NCBI GenBank assembly: GCA_030704615.1
Contig: CM060732.1
Span: 25,358,001 to 25,422,000, forward strand
Direction of reading: 5' to 3'
DNA: 64,000 nt
From: Takakia lepidozioides
Taxonomy: Eukaryota; Plantae; Bryophyta
In this document: positions 50,201 to 63,213 of the stretch, one piece after another
How the letters are laid out: every line of letters begins with the position of its first letter
How positions within the stretch are numbered: the stretch's first letter is position 1
Program-made: the position numbers and the translations under genes
The notes under the pieces: generated by a model
Database searches by the model: none
The model's input: the letters and a program-made list of their open reading frames with translations, nothing else
What the model was told of the DNA's origin: nothing

Positions 50201-53200
50201 GCCACCCCCACCGCAACCCGGTGTGCGGGGCTCCACCTAGTGAGCGCCTCTGCCTCCTTGAGTGCCTTGGGCACTCAAGGGTGCTTCAGCCCACCATACC
50301 TATCGCTGCCGCTGCCCCCACCACAGGGGCAGCCCCTCATGTGTCCCGACCCCCTGCCCTCAAGGCAAAGGGCCGCGACACACACCCCTACCAACAGGGA
50401 GTCGATGTCCTCATCGACTTGTCCATTTTGTAGAAACGAACATCCAAGTTGTGGCGTCCCACATCAAGGAGTTTGTTTCCGTACCATGGCGTCCCATGGC
50501 AAAGAACCAAACCCCACACTTGACTCTACTCTCTACTAGCTAGTTTGGCCGACTTCCTCCAAGTCCCGGCCAGGGGTGGAGCCTCTCAAGCTCTTCCTAG
50601 TGCACTCTTCTTGGCCTTCTTCAAGGTCAAGGAACGATCCTCCCCGAGGATCGAATCGCCTTACTGCAACAACATTGCTTGCGATCGCTCCTGATGCCGC
50701 TTTTGGCATCACTTTGCGCAAGGGTTCACCTCGAACCCCCTTTGACTAGGAAGATAACCTTGAACCAACCGTGCACCCCAATCACTACAATTGGGTCCGT
50801 CTTGGAATGCTTGCCTGAGGTACGGGAACACGTCGAAGCCGCACTACGACTTCGTCCCGAGGCTACACGATTATAGTACGTGAATGGAAGCACATAGCTT
50901 CCGCGTTAGCCCGCACTACAAGGCAACCACCTCGGTAGCGCAGTTATAGTACGCACACGCGCCAGGTGCGCACTAGCACGTGAACTCCCAAAGAAGGCGC
51001 ATGTTTCCTTGCCTCTTGGATGGGAGTCACCCGATTTCGGCACTGCGCAAACACACGATTAACCCAATTTACCTCTCCCACTTTTGTAAGCTAGCATGCA
51101 TTCTACACACTAGCCAACCACACCATGCATCACCATTCCAAACAAAATAGGACACACAACATTTGGAACCCATTTCCTTTATAACAAATTTTTGTACAAT
51201 ACAAGTTTTTGCAATCGGATTCCTGAGCTAGCTAAGCCGGGCTAAGCATGCATTTCCTCCCCCACGCTCCAAGGATGATGTCCCCATCAACGCTTCTTCC
51301 GCTTTTGAGGTCGCCCTTCGAAAACTGCAACCGCCTCGGATGCGTTCCCCATTTCTGAGGCACGCACCCAAGATGCCTCAACATGATAATAGCCCTTCCA
51401 TTTCACGAGATACTCCGTTTCTCGATTCTTGAACCTCCTCGACTTAAGCACTGCCTCCACCTTGTACTCAGGTTCATTTTCATGATCCAACAGCACAGGT
51501 GGCGGACGCAACACTTGATGCCGATTCGGACGCGCTTCATCTTTGAAGTAAGGCTTCAAAAGGGAGACGTGGAATACTGGATGCACCTTGCTGTTTGCCG
51601 GCAGCTCCAATTCATACACATCCTCATTCATAACCTTCCGGATGCGAAAGGGTCCCGCATACGGAGGTACAAATTTTGGACTCACTTCTGGAGGTAGTCG
51701 GAAATTCTTGATGTTCAACCAGACCTCCGTGCCTGCCTCGAACTTCACTTCCCTCCGCTTCCGATTCGCCTGCCTTTCATACTGTTTCCTCGCTTTGGCA
51801 ATGTTGTATTTTGCGAGCTTCAACAAACGCTCGCGTTCTTCCAGTACCGCCGCTACTGCCGGTTCGTCAACGTCCTGGGCGGCCCAACTTGTCGGCACCA
51901 GAGGTGCTTTTCCATAGACCAATACGAAAGGGAAAACTCCCGTTGCGGAGTGTTCTGTGTTATTATAACAGAACTCTACCGCGTCTAAGTGTTCCACCCA
52001 GTCTGATTGGTCTGCCGACACGTAATTCCGCAACATCTGCTTCACTACGGAATTCACTCTTTCCGTTTGGCCGTCGGTCGTAGGTCGGAAGGCGGTGCTC
52101 ATCTTCAGCCTCGTCCCCATCTTCTTACAAAGTGTCATCCAAAATTTACTTGTAAACTTTGGATCGCGGTCCGAGACAATATCCTTCGGGACTCCATGAT
52201 GTTTTAAGACGTGGGCGAAGTAAAGTCGCCCTTTCTCTTGCGTCGTTGCCGTCTCCTTGGTGGGGATGAAATGACCCATTTTACTGAACCTATCCACCAC
52301 CACCATGATTGCATCGAATCCTTTTGATAGCGGCATAGCAGTCATGAAATCCATCGAGACGCTTTCCCAAGTCCCCTCTGGAATCGGCAAGGGTTGTAAC
52401 AGCCCCACTTGCTTTTTGTACTCGCTCCGGTTTTGTTGGCATGTGGTGCATGTCTTGACATACTCCTCTGCCTCCTCCCTCAGTTTGGGCCAGAAATACT
52501 ATTTCTTCAAGAGTGCCGCAGTGCGCTTGGCTCCGCCGTGGCCCGCAAGCGGACTATCATGGCATTCTCTCAAGAGACTATCTCTGATCCCTCCCTTCGA
52601 CACGTAGAGACGCTTTTGCTTGTACCGGAGAAGTCCATTTTGCAAGTAGAATTGCGATTTAACCCCCCTCTTCAAGTCTTGCATCACGGACTTTGCCAGC
52701 TCATCCTTCTGGCAAGCCTTCCGGATCTTCCTTTGGAGCGCCGTCTCGCCCCTGTACACCAACAAGAGCTGCTGCTTTCTACTTAAAGCATCGGCCACCA
52801 CATTGTCACGTCCCAGTTTGTACTGGATATCCACGTCAAACACCGCCAAAGTATCTTGCCACCTAAGTTGTTTTGGGGACAACTTGGGCAGCGTGGCAAA
52901 ATACTTCACCGTAACATTGTCCTTAAACACCTTCACTGGGTTGGAACCAACATAGTGGCGCCAAAGCTCAAGATAGTGCACCACCGCCTTCATCTCTTTC
53001 TCGTGCGTCGGCCACCGTCGCTCCACTTCGTTCAGTTTCTTACTTTCGTAAGCCACGGGACGTCCATCTTGCATCAGTACACCCCCAATCGCAAAGTCCG
53101 ACGCATCTGTATGGATCTCGAACGGCCGATCAAACTCCGGGATTTTCAAGACTGGAGCTTCCGCCATCCGCTGCTTCAATTCAGCAAAATCTTGGCCACA

Positions 53201-56200
53201 CAAGGTGTTCCATACCCAGACTTTGGATTTACACAGAAGGTCTGACAACGGCCCCGCGATCTTGGCGAAATTTCTCACATACTTCCGGTAATAGGAGGCG
53301 AGTCCTAGGAAGGATCGCACTCTCGGGACCGAAGTCGGAGGCTCCCAGTCCAAGATCGCCCTCACCTTTCTGTCATCCATTTTGATCCCATCCTGTGTAA
53401 TCACATGCCCCAGGAACTCCACTTTTGTGACCCCGAATTCGCACTTTGAAGCTTTGGCATACAGCTTCCCTTCCCGCAATTTCTGGAACACCCTTTTGAG
53501 CCCGCTTTTCCTTTTGAAGCACCGGGTGCCGCCTTGATTTGTGAAGGCCCTCCCTTCGATTTCCACGTACCATTGTCGCCGCGTGGCCTATCCCACTTCT
53601 TTTCCGGTCGGAAGGCGTCACCTTCCCGCCGGGTCTTCTTGTGGTTCAGCTCCGTACGGCCTTGTCTTTCACCCTTAGGGACATCCGAGAAACATTCAGC
53701 CCTCTCAATTGCCTCGTTCAAAGTCTTAGGTGGCTTCTCCTCCAACTTCCGCCTAGCCCATAGGGCTAGTCCCGCCACAAAGTTGAAGACCATTTCTGGT
53801 TCTGCCATGTCCGCGACTTCGAGCAACAACACATTGAAAGCCTGGACATATCCCCGAATGTCATCTGTTTGCTTCAAATTCCTCATCTTGTCCCGGGCAA
53901 GCCAGGACGCGTTGAGGGGCACAAACTGTCTTTTCATCAATTCCTTGAACCCACTCCAATTCAAGGTTTCCGGGCTTGGACCTCGGTCGTGAAGGCGTTT
54001 CTGCCACCATTGTTGAGCATAGCCCCTCAAATAGGTGGGAGCCACTTCCACCCGGTCCTCGTCACTCAACTTGGCCGCCCGGAAGTACTACTCTAGCTCC
54101 AAGAGCCAGGTGTTGAGTGCCTTCCGATTTCGGACGCCCTCGAAGGTGTCGGGTTCCTTAGGCTTCACCTTAAATTTTGCCTTAGTGGAAGTGGCATTAG
54201 CCACTTTCAACACGTCTTTCAACGTCCAGCCAAATTGCGCCAACAACCCTTCCCAAAAGGCTGCTGGCATGGGAGGCATCTGTTGGTCGGTCGGAGTTCT
54301 CAGGGATTCCTTGGGCTCCGACTCCTCAGATTCCTCCTGCTCTTGAGCGGCCTCATTTTCGGAGACATGCATCGCTTCCTCAAACGGCCGCCTCGGTGAC
54401 ACGTCGCCCCCATCGGGCTCACCAGGATCATCATCTTTTGGGCCGTTCCGCTTTCGCTTTGGCTTGCCCGACCCCATGATGAGGCCAATCCCAAGGACGA
54501 TCACGTACTGAACTCTAAGCTCTGATACCAGTGTCACGCACCTTACATTGGTAAGCTCCCCTTCAAGTCATAGTTGCTAGTTTGATGCGCGCGCCTAACT
54601 CCCAACCTGGCCGCCGGACTAACTTGGAGCTTCGGCTGCTCACCGGGGCATAACGGTCCCCCTTTGAACTCCCAAAGAACCCTCCACCGATTTGGAACCA
54701 GCGGGAATTCCCTTTGGTAGTTGGCAGTCCGGAACAGCTCCCACTCTTTGGTCACTTTCCAGCTCGCTCGCTTACTCACTAGTTTTTGGTCACCAACGGG
54801 CTTGCACCGTTCTCGGGGTTACTACTCCCTATATATACTTCTGTAGCTGTCCGCGGGGGTTTCACAACCAGCCATGCCATTTTATGGCGAACCACCACGA
54901 AAACCCTCGACTCCCGGTGATGAGTCGCGGTGAGTCTTGGCCCACTCACCACGGCCCCTATGGACCGTGATGAGTCCCAAGACTCCCCACGACTCCCACC
55001 ACGAGGTCTCCGCCCCCATGGTGAGTCCTATGCCACCCCCACTAAGTCCCGCTAAGCTACCACCACCCCTTGTGGAGCCACCCCCACCGCAACCCGGTGT
55101 GCGGGGCTCCACCTAGTGAGCGCCTCCGCCTCCTTGAGTGCCTTGGGCACTCAAGGGTGCTTCAGCCCCCCATACCTATCGCTGCCGCTGCCCCCACCAC
55201 AGGGCAGCCCCTCATGTGTCCCGACCCCCTGCCCCCAAGGCAAAGGGCCGCGACAGCGCACCTGGCGCGTGCGCGTACTATAACTGCGCTACCGAGGGGG
55301 TTGCGTTGTAGTGCGGGCTAACGCAGAAGCTACGTGCTTCCGTTCACGTACTATAATCGTGTAGCCTTGGGACGAAGTCGTAGTGCGGCTTCGGCGTGTT
55401 CCCGTACCTCAGGCCAGCATTCCAAGGTGGACCCAATTGTAGTGATTGGGGCGCACGGTTGGTTCCTGGTTGGTTCAAGGTTATCTCCCTAGTCAAAAAG
55501 GGTTCAAGACGAACCCTTGCTCAAGATGAGTCCAAGAAGCGACATCACGAGCGGTCGCAAATAAATGTTGTTGCAGTAAGGCGATTCGATCCTTGGGGAG
55601 GATCGTTCCTTCGTCCTGAAGTGGGTCAAGAAGAGTGCACTGGGAGGAGCTTGAGAGGCCCCACCCTTGGCTGGGACTTGGAGGAAGTCGGCCGAACTAG
55701 CTAGTGGAGAGTAGAGTCAAATGGGGGTTTGGTTCTTAGCCATGGGACGCCATGGTGCAGAAACAAACTCCTTGATGTGGGACGCCACAACTTGGATGTT
55801 CGTTTCTACAGAATAGACAAGTCGATGAGGACATCGACTCCCTGTTGGTAGGGGTGTGTGTTGCGGCCCTTCGCCTTGAGGGTAGGGGGTCGGGACACGA
55901 GAGGGGCTGCCCCTGTGGTGGGGGCAGTGGCGACAATAGATGTGAGGGCTAAAGCACCCTTGAGTGTCCAAGGCGCTCAAGGAGGCGGAGGCGCTCACTA
56001 GGTGGAGCCCCGCACACCGGGTTGCGGTGGGGGGTGGTTCCACGAGGGGTGGTGGTAGCTTAGTGGGACTTAGTGGGGGTGGCATAGGTCTCACCATGGG
56101 GGCGGAGACCTTGTGGTGGGAGTCGTGGGGAGTCTTGGGACTCATCACGGTCCAATGGGACCGTGGTGAGTGGGCCAAGACTCACCGCGACTCATCACCG

Positions 56201-56262
56201 GGAATCGAGGGTTTTCGTGGCGGTTCGCCATAAAATGGCATGGTTGTTTGTGAAACCCCCGC
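47203..56262 (+). mobile_element. Gypsy copy X; deleted from the 5' LTR to late RT; hosts copy C
   Basis: LTR start TGTCGCAGCCC at 47203 jumps at 47340 into RT/RNase H; integrase-chromodomain to ~49335; 3' non-coding region split by C; 3' LTR first half 55859-56262. Confidence 0.9.
49655..55255 (-). mobile_element. Gypsy copy C; both LTRs intact, ~1.3 kb gag-to-RT deletion
   Basis: LTRs 54532-55255 and 49655-50380, highly similar; TSD GCGCA at 49650-49654 and 55256-55260; iMet PBS; deletion junction near 53500 removes the zinc knuckle, protease and RT catalytic motif. Confidence 0.97.
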
Positions 56263-56671
56263 ACGATATCATGAATTGCTTTGAATAGAATCAATAATGT
56301 TTGAGAAACATTTTCCATGCTCGATTCCTACCTTCAATATCTACTTATATCAACCGTCAAATTGTCAATCAAATAAAATGTCCAAGAGATATGGACTTTT
56401 GAACACGACAACTGTGGACTGTTACCGCTGCAAATGGAAATACATGGTCTCAAAATAAGCCATTGTACCTTGGTGTATTGCTTTGAAATTTTGAGGTAAG
56501 GGGGCCAATTTAGAGAACACTGTAGATTTCAATTTAAAATGACAATATCAGCTGTCATTTACTACCTATGGACTAATATGAGTTTTATATATAGGTGGAT
56601 TTGTTTGAATTTAGTACATCTTGTGTTTTTGGGCTTTTGAAGTGTCATATTTTACTGCAAATGATACAAAA

Positions 56672-56786
56672 ATACAATCTACAATGACTTGGTTGTATAT
56701 GAACAAATCGACATAATTTTAATTTTTGATACAATCTACAATGGCTTGGTTGTATATGAACAAATCGACGTAATTTTAATTTTTGA
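56672..56786. repeat. 57 bp tandem duplication
   Basis: ATACAATCTACAATG(A/G)CTTGGTTGTATATGAACAAATCGAC(A/G)TAATTTTAATTTTTG twice. Confidence 0.9.
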
Positions 56787-56996
56787 TATCAAATCTTATT
56801 CAAATTAAAGACTAAAATTTATAGTGAATTTATCTTTGATGTTTGGGGTAAGACCTTTTACTAAAAATGTTTAAATATACCATTGTCTATCATCCTTTGA
56901 AATTATTTGGGGAAATATTGTCAATTTTAAATTGGGTCATGGACTTCCATGGAAGGCACCATATGCTGTTTTTGGTCCACCTTATCCTACAACTAT

Positions 56997-57414
56997 CCAA
57001 CGGGCTTGCACTGTTCTCGGGCTACTACTCCATTTAAAGTATGTATACAGCTATAGGTGCACGGGGCACCACCAAAACCCTCAACTCTCTGAGACGAGTC
57101 GCGGTGGGCATCGACCCACTCTTTGTTTCCAGTGGCCCACGGTTAGTCTTGAGAGTTCCCCACGACTCCCACCCGTTATGCTAAGCCTCCTTATAAGTTC
57201 CCCCCACCTGCTCTATCGCTTCATTACTTCGTGACCAGCCCACTCCGCGTCCTATAGCCCACCAGTTGGTCGCCCCGCCCAGTGGTTACCTCCGCCCCCC
57301 TTCAGCCACTCAAGGGTCGTTTCAGCCCCAGGTTTCACTATTAGCACCTCCCCCACCACAGGGGCAACCCCTCTTGTGTCCGACCCCCTGCCTGAAAGGC
57401 AAAGGTCTACGACA
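56997..57414 (-). mobile_element. Diverged partial solo LTR related to the gypsy family
   Basis: CCAACGGGCTTGCAC.GTTCTCGGG...CCCCCACCACAGGGGCA...GTGTCCGACCCCCTGCC...ACGACA aligns to the LTR 5' portion. Confidence 0.8.
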
Positions 57415-57918
57415 TAAAATGGCAAGGCCATGAGGCAACTCCATTTCAAGAGTTGAAATGTTCTTTTCCAACCTTATATTCAGAATTAAAATGATTTGTT
57501 ATTTTTATGAATCCAACATCGTCATGGCCTTAAAGACAAAAATCATAAATGACCTAATTAGCCTAATTTGAATATGCTCCATCTCTTCACGCATCGCTAT
57601 CGAAGCGTCCACATTATAGTCCTTTCAAATAAGTTTTGTCTCAAGAGCCTTCATATTCATCATCATCTTCTTCGTTTATAATCATTTACAACAATCAACT
57701 TCTTGTTTGACCTCATTATAATCTTTTTTTAAAGGGGAGGTAGGCAACTATAAGCTGCTCTCCATCATTGTCTAGCCTTTCTTATCCTTGTGTTGGATAG
57801 ACATTTGTCTTTCCTTCCATTTTCCATTGTCACTTTTCATTCTATTCTTTTCAAACTCAATACCATCATGCTTGAAAGACACATTGGAATATTTGACTTA
57901 TCACAGTAACACGTTTAA

Positions 57919-58741
57919 CCCTTAAGTTCCCAAGTGACTTGAATCGGGTCACTTTGAATTTGCAGTTCGACCTAATTTTTGCAGATCTAATCTGATGGGG
58001 CCCACTCCTGAAGCTTTAATGACAAGGGATTTGTCTCGAGTATGATGCAAAAAACAAAATAAAAAAAAAACAAAACCTGCGACTTACAAAAAATATCTTA
58101 GATCTTTAATTTACGTTTTGGGGCCTGAAAAAGGCTATTGACCGCTGACGTGGCAGGTATACAAGCTCTAAACAGATTGCACTCCAAAGGCCATTTTTGG
58201 CAGAAAATTAGCAATTTTGGACAAAACACTTCACCTTGTGGTGTGTGAGCATTACATACACACATCCACCGTTAGCTTTTAAAAAATTTGTAGAAAAAAA
58301 AGTACTTCATTTGGAGGCACATTTTCTGTTGTCAATTTTGAGATTTCAACCCCCATGTAATTGCATGAATAGCAAGCATAGGTGAAAAAATCATTTGGAC
58401 CTGCAATTTAGTGGGGTCATGGCCACTCCACTATTGATTTGGAAATGGTGGGTCTTGGGGCAAGCTAAATTGGAGAAAGCTAGGTTTTGATTTGGTCAAA
58501 CCTATTTCTTTCTCACTTTTTCTTTGGGACCTGATATTTGAGGTCCGGGCCAACGCTATAATCTCCCAATTTCCACGGTGGACTTGGCTCATTTTTTGGT
58601 ATGTCATGCATAAATGAGCTAGCCCCATTGCTATAAGGCTGGAATCTGTGGATGATTTTTGGTAGGTTTCTAGGGGCAATTTACTGCAGCTGGGTACCCA
58701 GAATTGGTAAAAAGTCAAAAAAGGGCTTGGGAACTTAAGGG
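57919..58741. mobile_element. piggyBac-like non-autonomous element, 823 bp
   Basis: Perfect 16 bp TIR CCCTTAAGTTCCCAAG / CTTGGGAACTTAAGGG, flanked by TTAA on both sides. Confidence 0.8.
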
Positions 58742-60505
58742 TTAAGGCCTCATCTTCCTTGATGGTGGGGGCTTTGGATTAAATTTGTTGCAGAACTCTC
58801 TCTTTGAGGTTCCAACTCTCAGACATTGAACATCTATATCATCTAGCTCCACTTCTGCATGCAACTGGAGCATTCAACAAATCATCATTATTCCATGGAC
58901 ACCTTTCTATTCTCACAAATTCAAAGCGTAGTAGTAGGAGCAGCAAAAACTGGAGTAGAAGAATTGGAGACAAACCTTCCATCGACCCACCTTCAAGATT
59001 CACTCTCACCGACAATGATTTTTTTAGCGTTATTCATTGTTTTTATACTTGATTTAAGGTCCAAGAGTTGGTGTTCTGAACCACATGGATTCTTTTCTTG
59101 GTCCGTAGATCCTACCATATTTATCGACATAATCGCTACATCATTTTTAAGTTTCTTGGTTTTGGTACGTACTAGTGTATTAAAGCCAATATGACCAAGA
59201 AAAAATGCTAGCCTTGACCAATAAAATAATTGCATTTTGAGTTGGTCTTGGTTTTGGTTAGTAGTCTCAAGTGGCACTTGAAGCGAGTTCGTTCCTAGCT
59301 CTCTATCTCGATTGCTGAATAGTGATTGTAAACAGTTTGAAGTTTTGCAGCCTCGTCTAAAAGCAGAAAAAACTCAAGAAATTTCAAAATTAAGCTTCAA
59401 AACAAACTTCACAATGTAGAATAAAAGCTCAACGAAATCCAAATGTTTTACAACTCCCACAATGACAAAAATCACTCAATTTTTAAATATCAACTTCTGA
59501 AACATCTGTTTGACTAGTTTCTAGGGTTGATTTCTAGATTCACAAACATGAGGCCTGTAACATAAAAAATGAAATGAGATGAAATGGTATTTCCACAACA
59601 ACAAAACACCTATTCATTTAACAATCCTATGAACAATTTAATGTTGAAAGAAAAAGAATATGCTTGTTTACAAGTTTATTAACATGAATATGTCGTACTT
59701 TTTGTCGATTGGAACAAGTCGATTATCCTCCAGATGAATCGACAAACTCGAACTAATGTTGAATCAACATTGTAGTGCAATGCATATGAAAACGACACTT
59801 TGACCCTAGGATGGGCAGTGCATATTGACAACTCATCCATTATTTGGAAGTACTCGGTTTTGAAGTAATTGCCATGGAAAAATAATTTGTAACAAATGTT
59901 TGGGTCCATGTGAAAAATGTTCAATCATTAAGCATTCAACTTTTTTATGTCTCATGATGCTTATAGGAATTTATGTTTTGCTCCGAGACCCCCTCCAACT
60001 AAAGACTATATGTAGCACTTCTACTCGTCCTCCAACCCCCCACATTCTTGTCATGCGCACATGGAATTCAGTATTGGATAAATCTCTGTGAAAATGTGAA
60101 AATTCTTTGGATAAGTCTCTTCCTTGGATTAAGGGTCAGAGAAGTGTGACATAAGGAGTTTCCCATAAATGAATAGAGAGAGAAAGTAGACTTAAGGTCC
60201 GTGCACACCTAGTAGTATTACGCTCGCCGGTGGTAAGTCCCTTAACACTAGCGGAATTAATTTTAGGCTTTTGGGATTTCTTACCCCCAAATTAATACCG
60301 GCGTGACTTGTCACTTTCCACTTGTGTTCACACCTAGGGGTACTTACCACTGACAAACTATTTACCACCACCTTACCACTTTTCAATTATCGCCCGTCTA
60401 TACCTGTAGACTCTAGAGATAGGTACCATCGAGAGACACAATCGTCTCTCTCATTCACCGCTCTTCGCTCTTCGAAGTGAATTCTTTGCTCTTCAATTTT
60501 TCAGC

Positions 60506-61709
60506 ATGGATTTTTCGCTTGAGGAGTTCATCATGTACACGACATTCGTTGTACTTTTGTCAAAAATGTACGTTCAATCTCTAGAGGCTACGCACATATT
60601 TCCTCCTTTCACTCTTCCAGATTTCAATGCAGACCTATGCTTGCAAACATGCAAGTTGTTCTTGCAACCTTTGTCATTAGAAATCGGAGTATGTCATGCA
60701 ATCTTGCCACAATATTGGGGACAGAGTTTGGAGACTGGGTAAACTGTAAAACCCCGTAGCACAACATAGTTCAACCATTTTCTTGTCACCGAATATGACA
60801 GTGAACGTTGGATACAAAACTTTCATATGACAAAAGATACGGTGTTCTACATTTGTAACAATATAAAATGTCATGTTCAAAAAGAAGACACTAGATATCG
60901 CTTGACCATTCCAGTAGAAGTTCGGGTGTGCTGCACAATGTACAAACTCACTCAAGGAAAAAACCTCTTGACTTGTAGCGAGTTCTTCACGATTAACAAA
61001 TCCACAATATCGTTGGTTATCAGAGAGGTTGTTCGGGCCATTAATATGGTATTCGACAATTTGATATCGTGGCCAACATGAAATAAAATGGTCACTGTTA
61101 TGGAGGACTTCCAGAATGGTGTGGCCTTCCAAGCATACACGTGTCATAGATGGCATGCATATAGCCATCGCAAAATCACCAGGTCCGAGAGCAAAAGACT
61201 ACTATTACTTCAAGTCCTTAGGTTACTCAATGGTTGCCCATGCCATAGTGTATAGCCATTTTGTTTTTTTAAACTTGTACGTGGGTATGTCTGGGAGTGT
61301 AAACTGCTGAGTCCTTCGCTTCTCAGGTTTGTACCGCAAATCAATGTATCATGGACTCTTTGACTGAGCCAGGGGTTGTCAAGAAGGATTTACCCCGTAC
61401 GTATTATGTGACAAGGGGTATCCTTGTATTTCTTGGATCATGACACCGTTTAGGGATGGACAACATACAATGCTCAAATTGCTCTATAATCGAAAGCACA
61501 AGCGAGGAAGGTCGGCTGTAGAAATAATTTTGGGATCATGAAAAAAACTTTCAGGGAAATGCTCCACAAGGTTGAACTACATATCGCCATCGAGCCAGAC
61601 GTGTTCACAACTTGCTGTCTTTTACACCATCTGATTTGTAGTAGAAATTACGCAGATGTCGAAAGAGTCATGGAAATAATTCAACGAAAAAATCTTGAAT
61701 TGCCGTAGA
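60506..61709 (+). pseudogene. Harbinger DDE transposase with stops and frameshifts
   Basis: FHMTKDTVFYIC, IPVEVRVCCTMYKL, VIDGMHIAI, DYYYFKSLGYSM, LCDKGYP..WIMTPF, YNRKHKRGRSAVE. Confidence 0.9.
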
Positions 61710-62226
61710 CGACATGAGCAAAATGAGATCTGGACAGAGCAAGTACAAGACGCAAATGAGCAGCCGCAAAATCAAGCTGAAATTCAAGGACGAGAAACAT
61801 TGGGTCAAAATCTACGCAATGAATTGGCGCACTATCTGGGACGTTAAAGAATGTAGTAATTGTTACAGTATGATTCCGTCTATTGTTCGATCTACATGCT
61901 CTTTGCAATTATATCAAACTCCAGATTTGTCTATTCAAATCATATAGTTGCAGAGGCTACTTTTGTCAACATTCATTCATCATTGCTATTACGATCGTTG
62001 TCGACATCAAAATTTGGAGTGTCATTTTTCTTCAGAAAGGCTTGTCCCATTAAATTGGTGAGGCCTATTATAGTTGAGACCATATCATTTTGAGTCCGAT
62101 TTAGTTCATTATCTTGAAGCTTAAAATATCCAGTTGAGTGTGTAACAAGAATTCATATGCTTTTGCCCTCTTTTCCTCAATTTGTAGGTTTGTTTCGTGG
62201 ATTATATCGATGGATTCAACCAACAT

Positions 62227-63213
62227 TCAGTTATCTTTCTTTGTCACATCAAGCAGTTGCTTCTGACTTGAGGACGACTTCCGCTTCACTCCGGTGCTTC
62301 CTATATTCTTTGGCGATGCATCTGACGAAGAATCCGTAGGTTCATGAGTTCCACGATTTGGGACAGGAATCGGGACAAGATTGATTGGCTCATGAGTAGT
62401 ACCTGGGGTAGTAGGTACAATATTCCTTGGAGGTATGAATGTTGCTTGTATGGCGCTTATGGTACGTCTTAGTGCGAGAGGAACTGTCTCCAAAACGGGG
62501 GAGTAACCTTGAGTTTCGGAACCAGTGTCTGAAGCCTAGAAGTGTTGTCTCGGAGTCTCATTATGTCTATAGAAGGATCGTCAATATGATCAGTCTCATG
62601 GTCAGACAAAACAATTGGCGTATAGACATTGTCATTGTCGTCCATGAGGTCACGTGTATGAACGGGTCTGAACACTGGACGGTGCCCCATAAAGGCTTGG
62701 ATCTATTTATAAACAGTGTGATTGAATTGACGGGGGAGGTTGAGTTGCATTTTTGCTCCGAGATTCCAAACTCTTCACCCGTTCCGGTACCATTCTCGTA
62801 ATCGTGAATGCGTTTGAAGTCTCCAAATATGGAGCTCCATTTGTCCTTGCATGCCGTCCCTTTCCGATGATGCATGCAATGACCTGTTTCATTATTGCAA
62901 TTGAAATTTTACGCCATTTGCACATTGCACTTTCAAATTTGTCTCTTGGGTCGACTACATCCAAACTGGCTACATATTCGTCTCTTTTCGCGGAGACAAG
63001 TGCCAAGACCTCCACGTATTCCCAATTGGGTTGGCGGGGTTTCTTGGTTTTTATCACAGGGTCCGAGCCAGAAGCAGACTGTGCAGGCGCCTTCCCTTTG
63101 CATTTCTTCTTCCGTTGGACTCCGCCATTGGTATCATCAGATATCTCTACTGTTTCCGCATCTAAAGACAAGCAAATCAATTGTGAATGACCGAGACAAC
63201 CATTCAATTGCAA
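62227..63213 (-). pseudogene. Harbinger Myb/SANT (trihelix-like) DNA-binding protein, frameshifted
   Basis: RQPNWEYVEVLALVSAK...KWRKIS...RKGTACKDKWSSIFGDFKRIHDY. Confidence 0.85.

Noticed and set aside
52499-53566. 355 aa ORF as a novel fusion protein
   Set aside because: Product of the internal deletion in copy C, joining an off-frame gag piece to a truncated RT/RNase H.
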